Under the pieces are notes generated by a model. The model was not told the origin of the DNA. It saw only the letters and a list, made by a program, of their open reading frames with translations, and made no database searches. A stretch of DNA of 64,000 nucleotides from Guillardia theta CCMP2712 (lineage: Eukaryota > Protista > Cryptophyta): positions 64,100 to 128,099 of the forward strand of contig NW_005434575.1 of the NCBI RefSeq assembly GCF_000315625.1. Reading direction: 5' to 3'. Below, piece by piece: positions 25,501 through 36,629 of the stretch; positions within the stretch are counted from its first letter, which is position 1, and every line of letters starts with the position of its first letter. Both the position numbers and the translations under genes were made by a program.

Positions 25501-27210
25501 ATTGAATGAATGAAAAGTGATTTTCAGATATGATCCAATGACAATTCAAAGTAACAGCAGCGGATTGATAGATGAAACTAAAATAGCCCGAGTCATTGTT
25601 GAACACCTTTGCATTGGCAGAACAGTCGGATATACCCCTGAGAGCAGCTGGACGCATGCTTGTCTTTTGAGATGGCCTTGTGAGGATCGTCGTGTTTCTT
25701 GCTTCTTTCATCTGTTGTTGCTTTCTGAGGGGCGTCGAGTGAAGACTGAGATCCAGCTTGTTGTTCAAGCTCAGTCTCTTTGAGTTTGCTTCTTTTGTTC
25801 TAACACCAGCGGATGAAATATCACATGATGTTCCAGCATTGATGATTTTGTCTTTGTTTTCCTTGATATACGGATCTCCGGCCTTTGGCAACATTGCGCA
25901 GTAGCCAATCTGAACCATCAATCAGACCCTGCGTCAGAGCAATAGCGCACGTGAGAAGAACACCTGAGTGATGGGCTGCTGCAAGCCTGTGTATCCTATG
26001 TCTGTAGGTCAACGTCAGAGCTTTGAATTCTTTCTGCAGATTTCACACACCCTGTGGATTGAAGTTTGTGCAAAATTGTTGACGCGCATCGTCAGGAGTT
26101 TGACAGAGAGTTTTGAGGGAGAGAGTTTGAAAAACGGCTGTTTTGAGTATTTCCCTTGGATTTCCATATTTCATATTGTTCTGTTGTCGTACAAGGCTTG
26201 AGAACGATCTGCAACAATGTAGTCAACAGATATTCATTTCCAACATACTTAGCTTACCCTGCTGTCACTCCAAAGAGTGTGATAACCGCCTGGTCATCCA
26301 CGACAGACTCTGCTGACGTCGTCTGATAAAGCACCAACGTGAGCTTGCCATCTGGCACCTCGAAGGAAATTTGAGAATTATTTTTTATGTCGTTCTCAAA
26401 TATGAATTCACCCATCGTATAGCTGTAAACATTATACGAATACGTCACTCTTGCTGGGTCTGTATCGAGGCTTGTTCTTGTCAACGAAAAGCCAAGCTCA
26501 GTCTGACTTGCATCGATCATGTCTTCAAGTTTTATGGTCAGTGTGGTAACGTTGTTGTAATCTCCGCAATCTTTTGCGCAACCAAACCGACCGAAGCCTG
26601 GATATTCTGTAGAAGCACAATAAAGAATCGAACTAAAGGCGCAATTGCAGAAAACGTACCATGAGTAGAAATCTGCGTTGGAGCTCAGGAATGCTGTGGA
26701 GCCGGTACCTGAGTTCAAGTATCCTCCCGAGCCCAAGTCAGACAAGTCTTTGAGAGCAAGACTGATCCCTGAACTCTCGATCATGTATGAGGAGTAAATA
26801 TCCCGTTGGGTAAACAAGAGCAACAAGTACACAACGAAAAAGAGTGTCGTTCCCATCAATCTCTTATACGATGAAGAGCGAGCAATCCTTTCTCGAACTT
26901 TCGAGAGGAATCCATCTACTTGGATCTCACGCCGCATGACAGGCTCCGATCGACTTTCCAAGCCAAACAGTTTTTCTATCTCAGTGTCTCGAAGTACGTT
27001 TTCGACATCACGATAGTCATCCACCAGAGCCTGTAAAGGATCATTGATCAGGGCGTCTATTTCTTCATCTTTGATCTCTTCATCTTTTCGTCGATATCGC
27101 CTCCTCCGCAAGAGCGAGGCGACCACCGCTCCCTGCATGCGTGCGGCCCGTAGTAGTGCTGGAGCTTCTGCCTGCTGAGACTGCGGCAACAGCCCACGTG
27201 ACCCTGTCAT
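21165..27210 (-). CDS. Polycystin-2/TRPP-like cation channel with enlarged extracellular region and C-terminal C2 domain
   Basis: NRIIGAIVVSQSR, FIDSKT..VEFLTYNA, FNWVD, RMLKGLDFQERMGLVTRTI, FILLNIFLAILVDAY; C2: LQVRLLRATKLPRMDMITGCDPY..NPEWDE..WDKD..DDLIG. Confidence 0.88.
22487..22680. repeat. (AG)n-rich intronic microsatellite
   Basis: GA/GACA runs in a channel-gene intron. Confidence 0.95.
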
Positions 27211-27292
27211 TTGTAGGGAGGACTTGCATGTAAGTTCACAAATGACCACCCCTGCAATAAATGACCCCCCCCTGCAACGTGACTCTTCCTCG

Positions 27293-27780
27293 AGTTAAGT
27301 TAAAATCAGTACGAGGACAATCAGGAGAGTAGTAAACCCGAGATATGTTAGAACTCGGATACGTTCTTGGAGACGCGGCGAGAAGTTCAGGGTATTGCGT
27401 CTGATCGGTGGACGAAGCTCAGCGAGATGGAAGTGGGTTTTGACATAGGTCTGGAATTAAGGAATTGACGAGCCTGAGGGTCAGGCAGTGAAGAAGGGGT
27501 TAGGAGGACACGTGTCCAGAGGGCTGTGCATTGTGATTGGGTTGCAAGGGACTGAGGCCGGACGTTAGCGCAAGGGGTAAATTTAGGTTGTTTTGCACGG
27601 GCATTTAAAATCGCTGTGTACAATTGAACGTGGCATTAGCGGCGTATCGAGGCCCCAAGTTTTTCATCATCAGCACCACATTCTCTAAGAATTTCCAAGA
27701 ACGTAGGATAAAACCATGAAAGAAGTGAGAACTGACGAACCCATCGACAGTCTCGACAAGGAGATGAAAGCAAAACACTT
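27293..27780 (-). mobile_element. Probable 5'-truncated non-LTR retrotransposon 3' end
   Basis: Abruptly replaces the Cys-rich repeat gene at 27780; decayed frame FYPTFLEILRECGA..IRR*CHVQLYTAILNARAK resembles ORF ends of RLE-type elements; ends TTAACTTAAC; terminal 38 bp recur at 53846. Confidence 0.5.
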
Positions 27781-30550
27781 CGCCTCAGTACCTCCTGCCA
27801 CGCCCCCGTCGACGCCAGCCCGTCGTCGTACGCCAGCCACACTACCTGACCCCTGCCTACCCTCATCACTACCGCCGACGAGTACCACCCGTCGTCGTAC
27901 ATGCTCCTTGCACCCGGCGGCAGCCCCGACAGTGGCCAGCGTACAGCGTACCAGTACGACAGCGAGCTCGGGCCCCCCTCGAACTCCCTGACCACGTCGT
28001 CCCTGCCGAGCATCGGCAGCTGCTAGCGTTGCGGCTTCCCCTCGGGGAGTAGGCGCCCGGCGGACACGCCTGGCAACCCTTCCCTCCGTTCCTCCGAGAC
28101 TCTCCGTAGTAGCCCGCCTTGCACTCGCACTCCTCCACGGACCTCGACCCGATTTCTGACGTCGAGTTCCCTGGACACGCCGTGCAGCTCTGCTCCGACT
28201 CGCTCCGGTACGTCCCCGCCCCGCATGACACGCATGGGCCCCCGGCCTCTACCGCCCGCCTCAGTACCTCCTGCCACGCCCCCGTCGACGCCAGCCCGTC
28301 GTCGTACGCCAGCCACACTACCTGACCCCTGCCTACCCTCATCACTACCGCCGACGAGTACCACCCGTCGTCGTACATGCTCCTTGCACCCGGCGGCAGC
28401 CCCGACAGTGGCCAGCGTACAGCGTACCAGTACGACAGCGAGCTCGGGCCCCCCTCGAACGCCGACCCTGCTGCGCTTGCGTTATTGAGCCGAGCTTCCG
28501 ACGTAGTCCAAGACAGCGCCGGCCTTGCTATCCCGAAGGCCTGCGCCAGCAGGTCCTGTACCCCGTCGCCCATCGTCACCAGCGTCCCTCCTCTCATCGT
28601 GTAGTTGGATATCGCCGCTATGTCCTGCATATACGACGGGTAGTACCAGTACCAGTACGACTGCTGCGGCAACACCATGTAAGGGATCGGCTTGCTGCTG
28701 TTGACCAGGCCCTCTAGCTCCCCGGCGTCCTGTATCAGTCTGGCCATGTCTGTCGCTAGCGACTCCAGCACGAGCCGCTGAGCTCCTCGGACATGTACGA
28801 GTACGACATGTAGGGGCTGGCGTATACGACTCCCGCGTACTTATTCCAGTTTGCGAAGCTCTTCCCTGCCTCTGTACCCGCGGGGCACCCGCACCCTACA
28901 AGCTCCCCGCCGGCTCCTCGCGTCTCGACCATCCCGCCCCAGCACCGACACTCCTCCGACCCGACTCCTGCTCGCGCCCCCGCCGGACACGCTACACAGC
29001 TCAGCTTCCCTCCCAACCGGTCTTCGCGGTAGCCTAGCTTGCAGACGCAGCCCGTCGCGTTAGACCCTGTGAGGTCACGTAGAGCAGTAGAGTTACCCGG
29101 GCAAGGCCTACAGCTCGAGTCTCCTGCTAGTGAGTACGTCCCCTCAGAACAGGCTACGCAGACTCGCCTGGCCTGGACCGCGACGCTCCCGTACACTCCA
29201 TGGAAGGACGAATACTGGTATGGGTATGAGTCCAGGAAGAGGCGCTTCAGCCCGGCTCCTCGTCCGCGTGGCAGGTACAGCACGCCCTGAGGGAGGTTCA
29301 CGTACGTCCCGGAGTCCGACCAGATGTCGAAGACTCCTAGGTCGTCCTCGGCTCGAAAATAAACATTAAAGGATGATGATGATGGACTCGAAGCGTAGCC
29401 CTGCAGCCTCCTTGTGTCGATCGACTCTGCCAGCTCTGTCTGTAGCCAAGTCCTGCCCCCGGCGTCTCTGAAGCTGATCATGTTGTCGTCCGACGTCGCA
29501 GGATACAAGGTCACGTCGATCCCCGTGCTATGCTACACCGGGCCGTAGTGATTATCCGGACACAGGCATGCCAGCGCCGACCCGTTGACACTCCCTGACC
29601 ACGTCGTCCCTGCCGAGCATCGGCAGCTGCTAGCGTTGCGGCTTCCCCTCGGGGAGTAGGCGCCCGGCGGACACGCCTGGCAACCCTTCCCTCCGTTCCT
29701 CCGAGACTCTCCGTAGTAGCCCGCCTTGCACTCGCACTCCTCCACGGACCTCGACCCGATTTCTGACGTCGAGTTCCCTGGACACGCCGTGCAGCTCTGC
29801 TCCGACTCGCTCCGGTACGTCCCCGCCCCGCATGACACGCATGGGCCCCCGGCCTCTACCGCCCGCCTCAGTACCTCCTGCCACGCCCCCGTCGACGCCA
29901 GCCCGTCGTCGTACGCCAGCCACACTACCTGACCCCTGCCTACCCTCATCACTACCGCCGACGAGTACCACCCGTCGTCGTACATGCTCCTTGCACCCGG
30001 CGGCAGCCCCGACAGTGGCCAGCGTACAGCGTACCAGTACGACAGCGAGCTCGGGCCCCCCTCGAACGCCGACCCTGCTGCGCTTGCGTTATTGAGCCGA
30101 GCTTCCGACGTAGTCCAAGACAGCGCCGGCCTTGCTATCCCGAAGGCCTGCGCCAGCAGGTCCTGTACCCCGTCGCCCATCGTCACCAGCGTCCCTCCTC
30201 TCATCGTGTAGTTGGATATCGCCGCTATGTCCTGCATATACGACGGGTAGTACCAGTACCAGTACGACTGCTGCGGCAACACCATGTAAGGGATCGGCTT
30301 GCTGCTGTTGACCAGGCCCTCTAGCTCCCCGGCGTCCTGTATCAGTCTGGCCATGTCTGTCGCTAGCGACTCCAGCACGAGCCGCTGAGCTCCTCGGACA
30401 TGTACGAGTACGACATGTAGGGGCTGGCGTATACGACTCCCGCGTACTTATTCCAGTCTGCGAAGCTCTTCCCTGCCTCTGTACCCGCGGGGCACCCGCA
30501 CCCTACAAGCTCCCCGCCGGCTCCTCGCGTCTCGACCATCCCGCCCCAGC
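27781..30550 (-). pseudogene. Intronless Cys-rich (GCC2/GCC3, ephrin-receptor-like) repeat surface-protein gene remnant
   Basis: CVSCGAGTY, CTACPGNSTS, CECKAGYY, CQACPPGAY motifs; frameshift near 28775 and 30382, in-frame TAG 29533-29535, truncated at both ends. Confidence 0.8.
27983..30550. repeat. Tandem duplication, period 1607 bp (27983-28943 and 29590-30550), plus partial copy 27781-27984 = 28257-28460
   Basis: Near-identical; one difference seen (28851 T versus 30458 C). Confidence 0.95.
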
Positions 30551-30874
30551 GGTCACCGACACCCTCCGACCCGACTCGACTCCTGCTCGAGTCGGGGCGC
30601 GCCGCCGCCGTCCGATTACTCGAGTCACCCCGCCCCGTCAGTGTGTCAGTCAGTCACAGTGCCACCGGGTGAGGCTCACCGGTGTCGCAGTGAGTCAGCA
30701 GTGCCACTCGCGCCAGCGCCGCCGCCAGTGTCCGATCAGTCCGTGGTCGGGTAGCGGCCCGGATTTCTATCCAAGAACGTTATTGGACGGTTATCTGGTT
30801 GGAGCCGATAGGGAATGGCGGTGCTGGTGAGCGAGATGAGGGGAGGAAGGAGAGTTTGAAGAGGAGGCGCTGAT

Positions 30875-31905
30875 ATGGCGAGCATGGAGCCTCGTCAGCT
30901 TGTCACGTTGTCTACAACTGGCGTCTGTCTGTCGATGGCATTCGCGCAAGTCTTGGCGTCTAAGGGTACTGACTGTTGCTCTTGCGTGGTATGAGTTGAC
31001 CGAGAAGCAGGAGATGCTTCTGGGTTGATATTCGGGTCCGTCACGCGAGAGAAGAAGAGTCTCGTCACAGATATCGGCTCAAAGCTTGAGCTAGTGGCTT
31101 CCATAGACATGCAGGTGAGGTGCGAGGTCCCTCCACGAGTCTGATTGCCTCTGCAAGGTTTTCGATGTCTGCAACTTTTTCGATGGCCATGGGAATGTGA
31201 ACGGTCATGCGATCTCAAGGTATGTCACATGCTTGATTTGGTGGAGGAGGACAAGGAATCTTGTTGATCCTCTTCTCAGAGCTTGTGAGAGACAGAAGCA
31301 ACGGCTGATAGGGTGGTTCTCCTTTCGATCGAACGCCCCCCTTCGCCCTTCATCGAGAGAGATGGTGCTGGTTTCGCTTTCCCTCTCATGTCTGTGATCT
31401 CCTACATGCAGTACGTGCAGAGACAAATCGAATCGTCTCCTGAAATCAAAGTCCTGCTCCCAGAAGGGACTCAGCCTGTGTTTGGGTTGCTGTCCACGAG
31501 TTACACTAAGAACGCCTCGACTCACTCGCTGGATTATCGTTTTCTCTTCAAGGAGAATTCTCGATCAACCATGAAGTCTTTGGAACTTGTGATCAAGAAC
31601 GTTCAGACAGACTCCCAGGAGGAGTATGGTAGTTTCTCCGCCTGCAGCAAGATGGACGTTCCAAGGTAGCAGTGAGGTCGGTGCTATGTTGTGAGGCTTA
31701 CATGCTTTCTCGCAGCCTTAGCTCACTTCAACAATCTATCCAACTGCCACCACCCACCGTGAATCAGATCGAGAATTATGCTGAAGCTGCGCAAGCGCAT
31801 ATAAACAGCCTGGTGGAGAAATTGGACGGACTCAGGAACGAGGTGCTGAATGAGAGCAGAGAAGTAGAGAGATTGCAGGCTCAGTATGCAGGGATCGAAA
31901 GATAA
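30875..31905 (+). CDS. Abraxas/FAM175-like (MPN-minus) BRISC/BRCA1-A subunit
   Basis: GLIFG, LIGWFSFRSNAPLRPSSRE, THSLDY, LVIKN followed by a coiled coil. Confidence 0.7.
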
Positions 31906-31907
31906 AG

Positions 31908-33072
31908 TCAACCATGTGATAACTGCACTCCATCACTCAATGCCTTCCGCTTCAGAGCTACTCCATGGTGCCAACGGCCTATGAGGGGGGAGGCTGCACC
32001 TGAGCCCACTGGTTCAACCTTTCCAACTCCCTCTGAACAAACGATCAGAACGAGAGATTTGAGTTGAGATTCAAAACAGCGAGAGATCACCTGTCTCGTC
32101 TCATTATCAACCTTGCTCGCAGCGTTTCCTGACCCGAATCCCATCTTCGCCATCAACTTCCGCATAGTGGTCTTGAGCTCTCGAGGCACCTGGCACAGGT
32201 CGAACATGAGCGAAGATGACAAGTAGAACGTCAGTACCTGAGCAACAAAGCGAGGAGTGAAGTTGTAGAACAGAGAAACGAATCCCCACCACTCCAGAAT
32301 CAGCCCGAGCTGCGTGTTGAAACTAGAATAGAAACTCAACTTCGCTGCTTCTGTTGGATAAACAAGAGCCGTCAGTGCATGCAGACCTCTCTCACAGAAG
32401 CACACAGCAACACGTGTGTAAGATTGAAGCAGAAGGTGAGGAAGAGTGGAGCGGTATCAGAGGACCTGAACACACCATACCTGCATGAGTTATGATGAGG
32501 AGCATCCCGAAGACCATGATCAGAGTTCCATTCATTCTCATCTTGAACTTCGATCGACCATGGCGGTCAAACTGTCGGGAATTCATCAGAACCAGACCCA
32601 GTCCACATATCGTCGCTATGTTCGTGATCATCAACCCTGCTCCGCATCCCAAACGCTGTATTTTTCCAGTTTTAGGCATGAGCCGCGCATTGCAAGATGC
32701 CATGGCCTTTGGCAGGTACAAAAGACTTAAAAAGATCAGCGCCAATCCCATATTTTTCGGTCCCAGTTTCTTTGCCAGCCCTCCTCCTCCTCCTCGAATG
32801 CGCTGAACAGCATCGACTTCCACGAGTTCGTTCATGTATGGCGCTTGCACCTGGTTCCATGCGCCAGAAGACCCCGCGTACTTCTGAAGGCTTTGCTGAG
32901 GATGGCGAAGATGCATGGTTGAGTGCTGAACAAGACCCATGGAAGAAGAAGGGAGGAGCATGAAGATGGTTCCGACGCAGGTCAGAGCATAGATGTTCCT
33001 GCTCACCAAGCGCGGAGGCCAGGCCATGGCAGCGAGCTGTCTTAAAATTGTAATAAACGTGTCCGGGAGCAT
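31908..33072 (-). CDS. Multi-pass membrane protein with signal peptide and RIRGG-containing presequence
   Basis: Hydrophobic N-terminus, QRIRGG at 32788-32805, then several TM helices; 3' end uncertain. Confidence 0.65.
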
Positions 33073-33383
33073 GGCAGACCGGATTCAATGTTCTCTACAA
33101 GGAACATTTGAGGTCCCTGTACGGAACTGTGCGATGAAGCCCTTGATCCCTAGCTAGAGTGCGGTATGCAGAGCGTGAAGGAAACGTAATGAAGGAAGGA
33201 GGAGAAGATGATAAGAGCGAGAAGATGAGATGGAGAAGGAGAGGATGAAGATGAAAGCCGGCCTCAAGGATCACGCAGCGATGGGTAGCGAAGAGAAGAC
33301 CGGATTTCGGGTTGGTTGGACTCATTCGACCTATCAAATCTGTCTTGACACATGATCGGGATCCTTGATTCGACATCCAAGAA

Positions 33384-34742
33384 ATGATGGGGATCGTTGA
33401 TCGTGTGTGGATTCTATCGCTTGTGATTGTGACTATGAGCGGATGTTCTTCCAACCAAAGGATGTTCTTCCAACCCGGAAACGACATCACAGGTTCACAT
33501 GCTCTTATGGGACATCTTGGTATCGTAAGGAATGTGGTGTGTGGTCATTTACGCCTCCGGGGTGGCAAACGCAAGAAGAGAGTAGAAAAGGCGAAGGAGC
33601 AAGACAAGATCATCAAGTCCATTGCAAAGCCAAAGAAGAAAAAAACACATTACAAAGCTGGGACGAAAGACTATGTTCCGTTGGACATTCCTTATTTGTA
33701 CGTGATTGGTGGAAGATCGACGCAATTTGAGCTTTCGATTGTACAAAGGTATGATGTCACAACTAAGGATTGGACTCCATCATGCAAACTTGAAAGCCCC
33801 CGTGCATATTCAGCTGCTGCCAGACATGGCAACAAAATCTACCTGATTGGAGGAATTAGCAACAACCAGCCACTTAATTCCGTACGGAGTTTTTCACCTT
33901 ATTCTGACGATGAGACCTGGAAAGTTGAAAAAATGATGCCATTTGCCAGAAGAAACTTCGCTTCTGCTGTGCATGATAATCAAATCTTTATCTTTGGTGG
34001 AACGGGTATGCCGAAAGCCATGGTCAACACGGAGTCAACGGAAGTTTGCTTGAAAAGTGTGCAAAGCTTCCTACCTGATTTCCAGTTCTGGCAGAACCAT
34101 ACTGACATGCCCATAGAAAAGCAGTTCTGTGCGGCAGTCAGCTTTGGAGATAGAATCTACGTCATGGGAGGCTATTCTAACGTTGAAGGGGACGATCTCG
34201 ATACAGAACTGGATTCCATGCACAGCTACGATCCTGTTCTACGTGCGTGGAAGGCAGAGCCGCCAATGCCAACGCCAAGAGCAAACTTTCAGGTCTAAGA
34301 GGCCAGGTCATGATCATAATGTTTGACTGTGAGATTCTTTCAAATCAGGCTGTTGCGATCGCGGGCAGGATTTACGCGATTGGTGGCATGTCAGGAGGGT
34401 TACAAAAGGCAGACGTGGAGAGCTTCGATCCGACTACTGTAAGCTGAACATGTCTTCTTCGCCTGTCAGTAACGATGTGTTTCAGAGGGAGTGGAGAATT
34501 GAGCCTCCTCTCAATCAGAAACGCAGTGCCTTCGCAGCTGAATGCTTCAACGGATATATCTATGTCGCAGGTGAGATCAGTTCCTTCAGCAGAAGGATGA
34601 TTTGATTGCAACGTGGATAGGAGGAATCGTCGGAAGCTCCGAAATCAGCATGGTGGAATGCTTCGACCCCTATTCCCAAAGGTGGACGGTAGATTCATCC
34701 CTTCCGACTCGACGATGGGCCCTGTCCATGGTTGCAATCTGA
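33384..34742 (+). CDS. Kelch-repeat protein with signal peptide and LRLRGG presequence
   Basis: Six kelch repeats (LYVIGG, IYLIGG, IFIFGG, IYVMGG, IYAIGG, IYVAGG). Confidence 0.9.
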
Positions 34743-34963
34743 GCTGTCGCATCCGGTTACAGTGGAATCCTGTCATGATTCTTTATTTTATATGGAAGCA
34801 ACCAACAGATACTTGGCAAAAGAGCATGACAACTGCGCAAACGAAATAATAAGATCCTTTGAGAGGTGATCATGGAGGATGCATTATCAACTCCTGAGTC
34901 AGGAACGTAGCTCAACGCGCGTTCAAATCCTGTACCTGAGGCTAATTTCTACACATCATTACA

Positions 34964-35930
34964 TTATTCCTGATTCACTTCTATTGCATTGCGCTCATTA
35001 TTGGATGTTTCAGCGAACAAGGGAGCTGGTTTGATCTCAGAAAACTCCTGCATTTGGTTTCCCAACTTCTCACGGTATGATGGAAAAGCCGATGCATCGC
35101 ATGGCCAAATGTTCGGACACATTTGGCGCTGCAGTTCTGTACCCTCAGTATAGTCCAGATATTCAAAGACGCAAGTCTTGCCAGTAAGATGTGAATACAC
35201 TTGCTTGTATACCTCCAGCTTGCTCTCTGTATCTGGTTTGGAATTGATCTCCAACATGAAGTGATGGGTTGGTTTCTCAATTCCAACATCGTGTATCTCA
35301 TACTTTGCAGAAACACGATGAGGCCAGACAAGATCTTCAAGATAGCCTTCATGAACAGCTTGCTGCGATAAAATGCCGTCAGTGACGAAAAACAGACAAA
35401 CTCGTTCAGCAACTCACCACTGTCCGACTTCTAGGGCGCTTCTGCTTTTGCAACCTCTTTCCAGGCTTCTCCCTGGGAAGGATTCTACGATGCTGAAGCA
35501 AGAATATGTGACAATTGAACTCAGCTTCCAAGATCTGGCAAAGAGAGATCTGGAAATTCCGGTAGTCCTTCATTTCGATGTTCGGGATGGTCAGTAACAG
35601 GGCTCTGTCGGAGGTCTCTTTAATCGGAACCTCCTTGACTGACATCACATGCAGATACTTGATCATTTTGAAGTTGTCATCGTTCTGGTACAAATCAAAG
35701 AGCTTCTGCACAACGAGAGTTTCAACATCTGTGGGTGGATTCTTCTTGCGCGATTTGAAGTCTCTGAGGAGGATATCCGAGGCTTGCTTATTCTGACAGA
35801 AAGGTCTTCGAATCTGATCCATTCCTCCCCGAAGCCTCATATGAAGATGAGGTGAAGAGGGAGCATGGCCCCCAGACGTACACGGAAAGACCGCAAGAAG
35901 TAGCGTTGCGACTGTCAAAAATGCCTTCAT
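34964..35930 (-). CDS. RPS7: Divergent 40S ribosomal protein eS7 with bipartite presequence
   Basis: RRILPRE..QKQKRPRSRTV / QAVHEGYLEDLVWP..VYSHLTGKTCVFEY matches eS7; 55-nt intron 35363-35417; N-terminus MKAFLTVATLLLAVFPCTSG..MRLRGG-M. Confidence 0.85.
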
Positions 35931-36609
35931 GGCAAACTTATGAAAGTGTAATCCCCTACAAACGCTCCGCGCCGCGAATTTATCGGGGGCCAAAGAGATT
36001 TACAGGAGGACTAGGTCTTTGACTGCTCTCTGATCACCCTGAATAGCAGATTGAGCTTCTGCTCTGTACTAGCGCGCCGTCACCTCAGAGGCCACCCGGA
36101 GTTGCAATGCAAGACAACTTGGATTTGAATGACTCAACTCACAGCAGATGTTCGCAGAAAAGTAACAGTCTTGTTCCAGTATATCTGCTCTCTTCTCCTC
36201 CTCCTCGGCTAATGCTTCGCAGTGCTCATGGCTGGCTAGTCTGGTCCTTCTCTCGATCCGGCATTCCCTCCCCTCGTTTCGCACACCTTATTCGCACGAC
36301 CCGATTCCAACTGTCTCCCTCAATTTTGAAATTTGAAGCAAGCTGTTCGAAATTGTGATTTTTCTTTTCAGCGCCCGCAGAGCTCCACAGCTCCACCTCC
36401 CGCATGCAAGCTTGAAGAGTTCCGCCCCCACCAATCCTCTGAGGTGAACCCGGAATGAGGGGCGCGTCTGCAATAGTAAGAGGTTTTGTCCTTCTATATT
36501 TGATATTAATTATTCTGAGGCGAACTTGAAAGTGATGTAGTACCCAACCTAGGACCCTACCCCTACCCCCTAAGTTGTTCATTTGCCCCCAACTCTTTGC
36601 ATCACGGGC

Positions 36610-36629
36610 TTTGGCGCCAAATGGCCAAT
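36610..36629. promoter_or_regulatory. Palindromic E2F-type site TTTGGCGCCAAA with adjacent CCAAT
   Basis: Matches TTTSSCGC on both strands, about 600 bp upstream of the Pol epsilon ATG. Confidence 0.55.

Noticed and set aside
29533-29535. Stop-codon readthrough or recoding in the Cys-rich gene
   Set aside because: Accompanied by frameshifts, a deletion and truncations, so decay is more parsimonious; TAG ends normal genes here
33500-33566. True ubiquitin fusion genes at the LRGG sites
   Set aside because: No ubiquitin-fold sequence upstream of any motif; in eS7 only about 30 residues precede it
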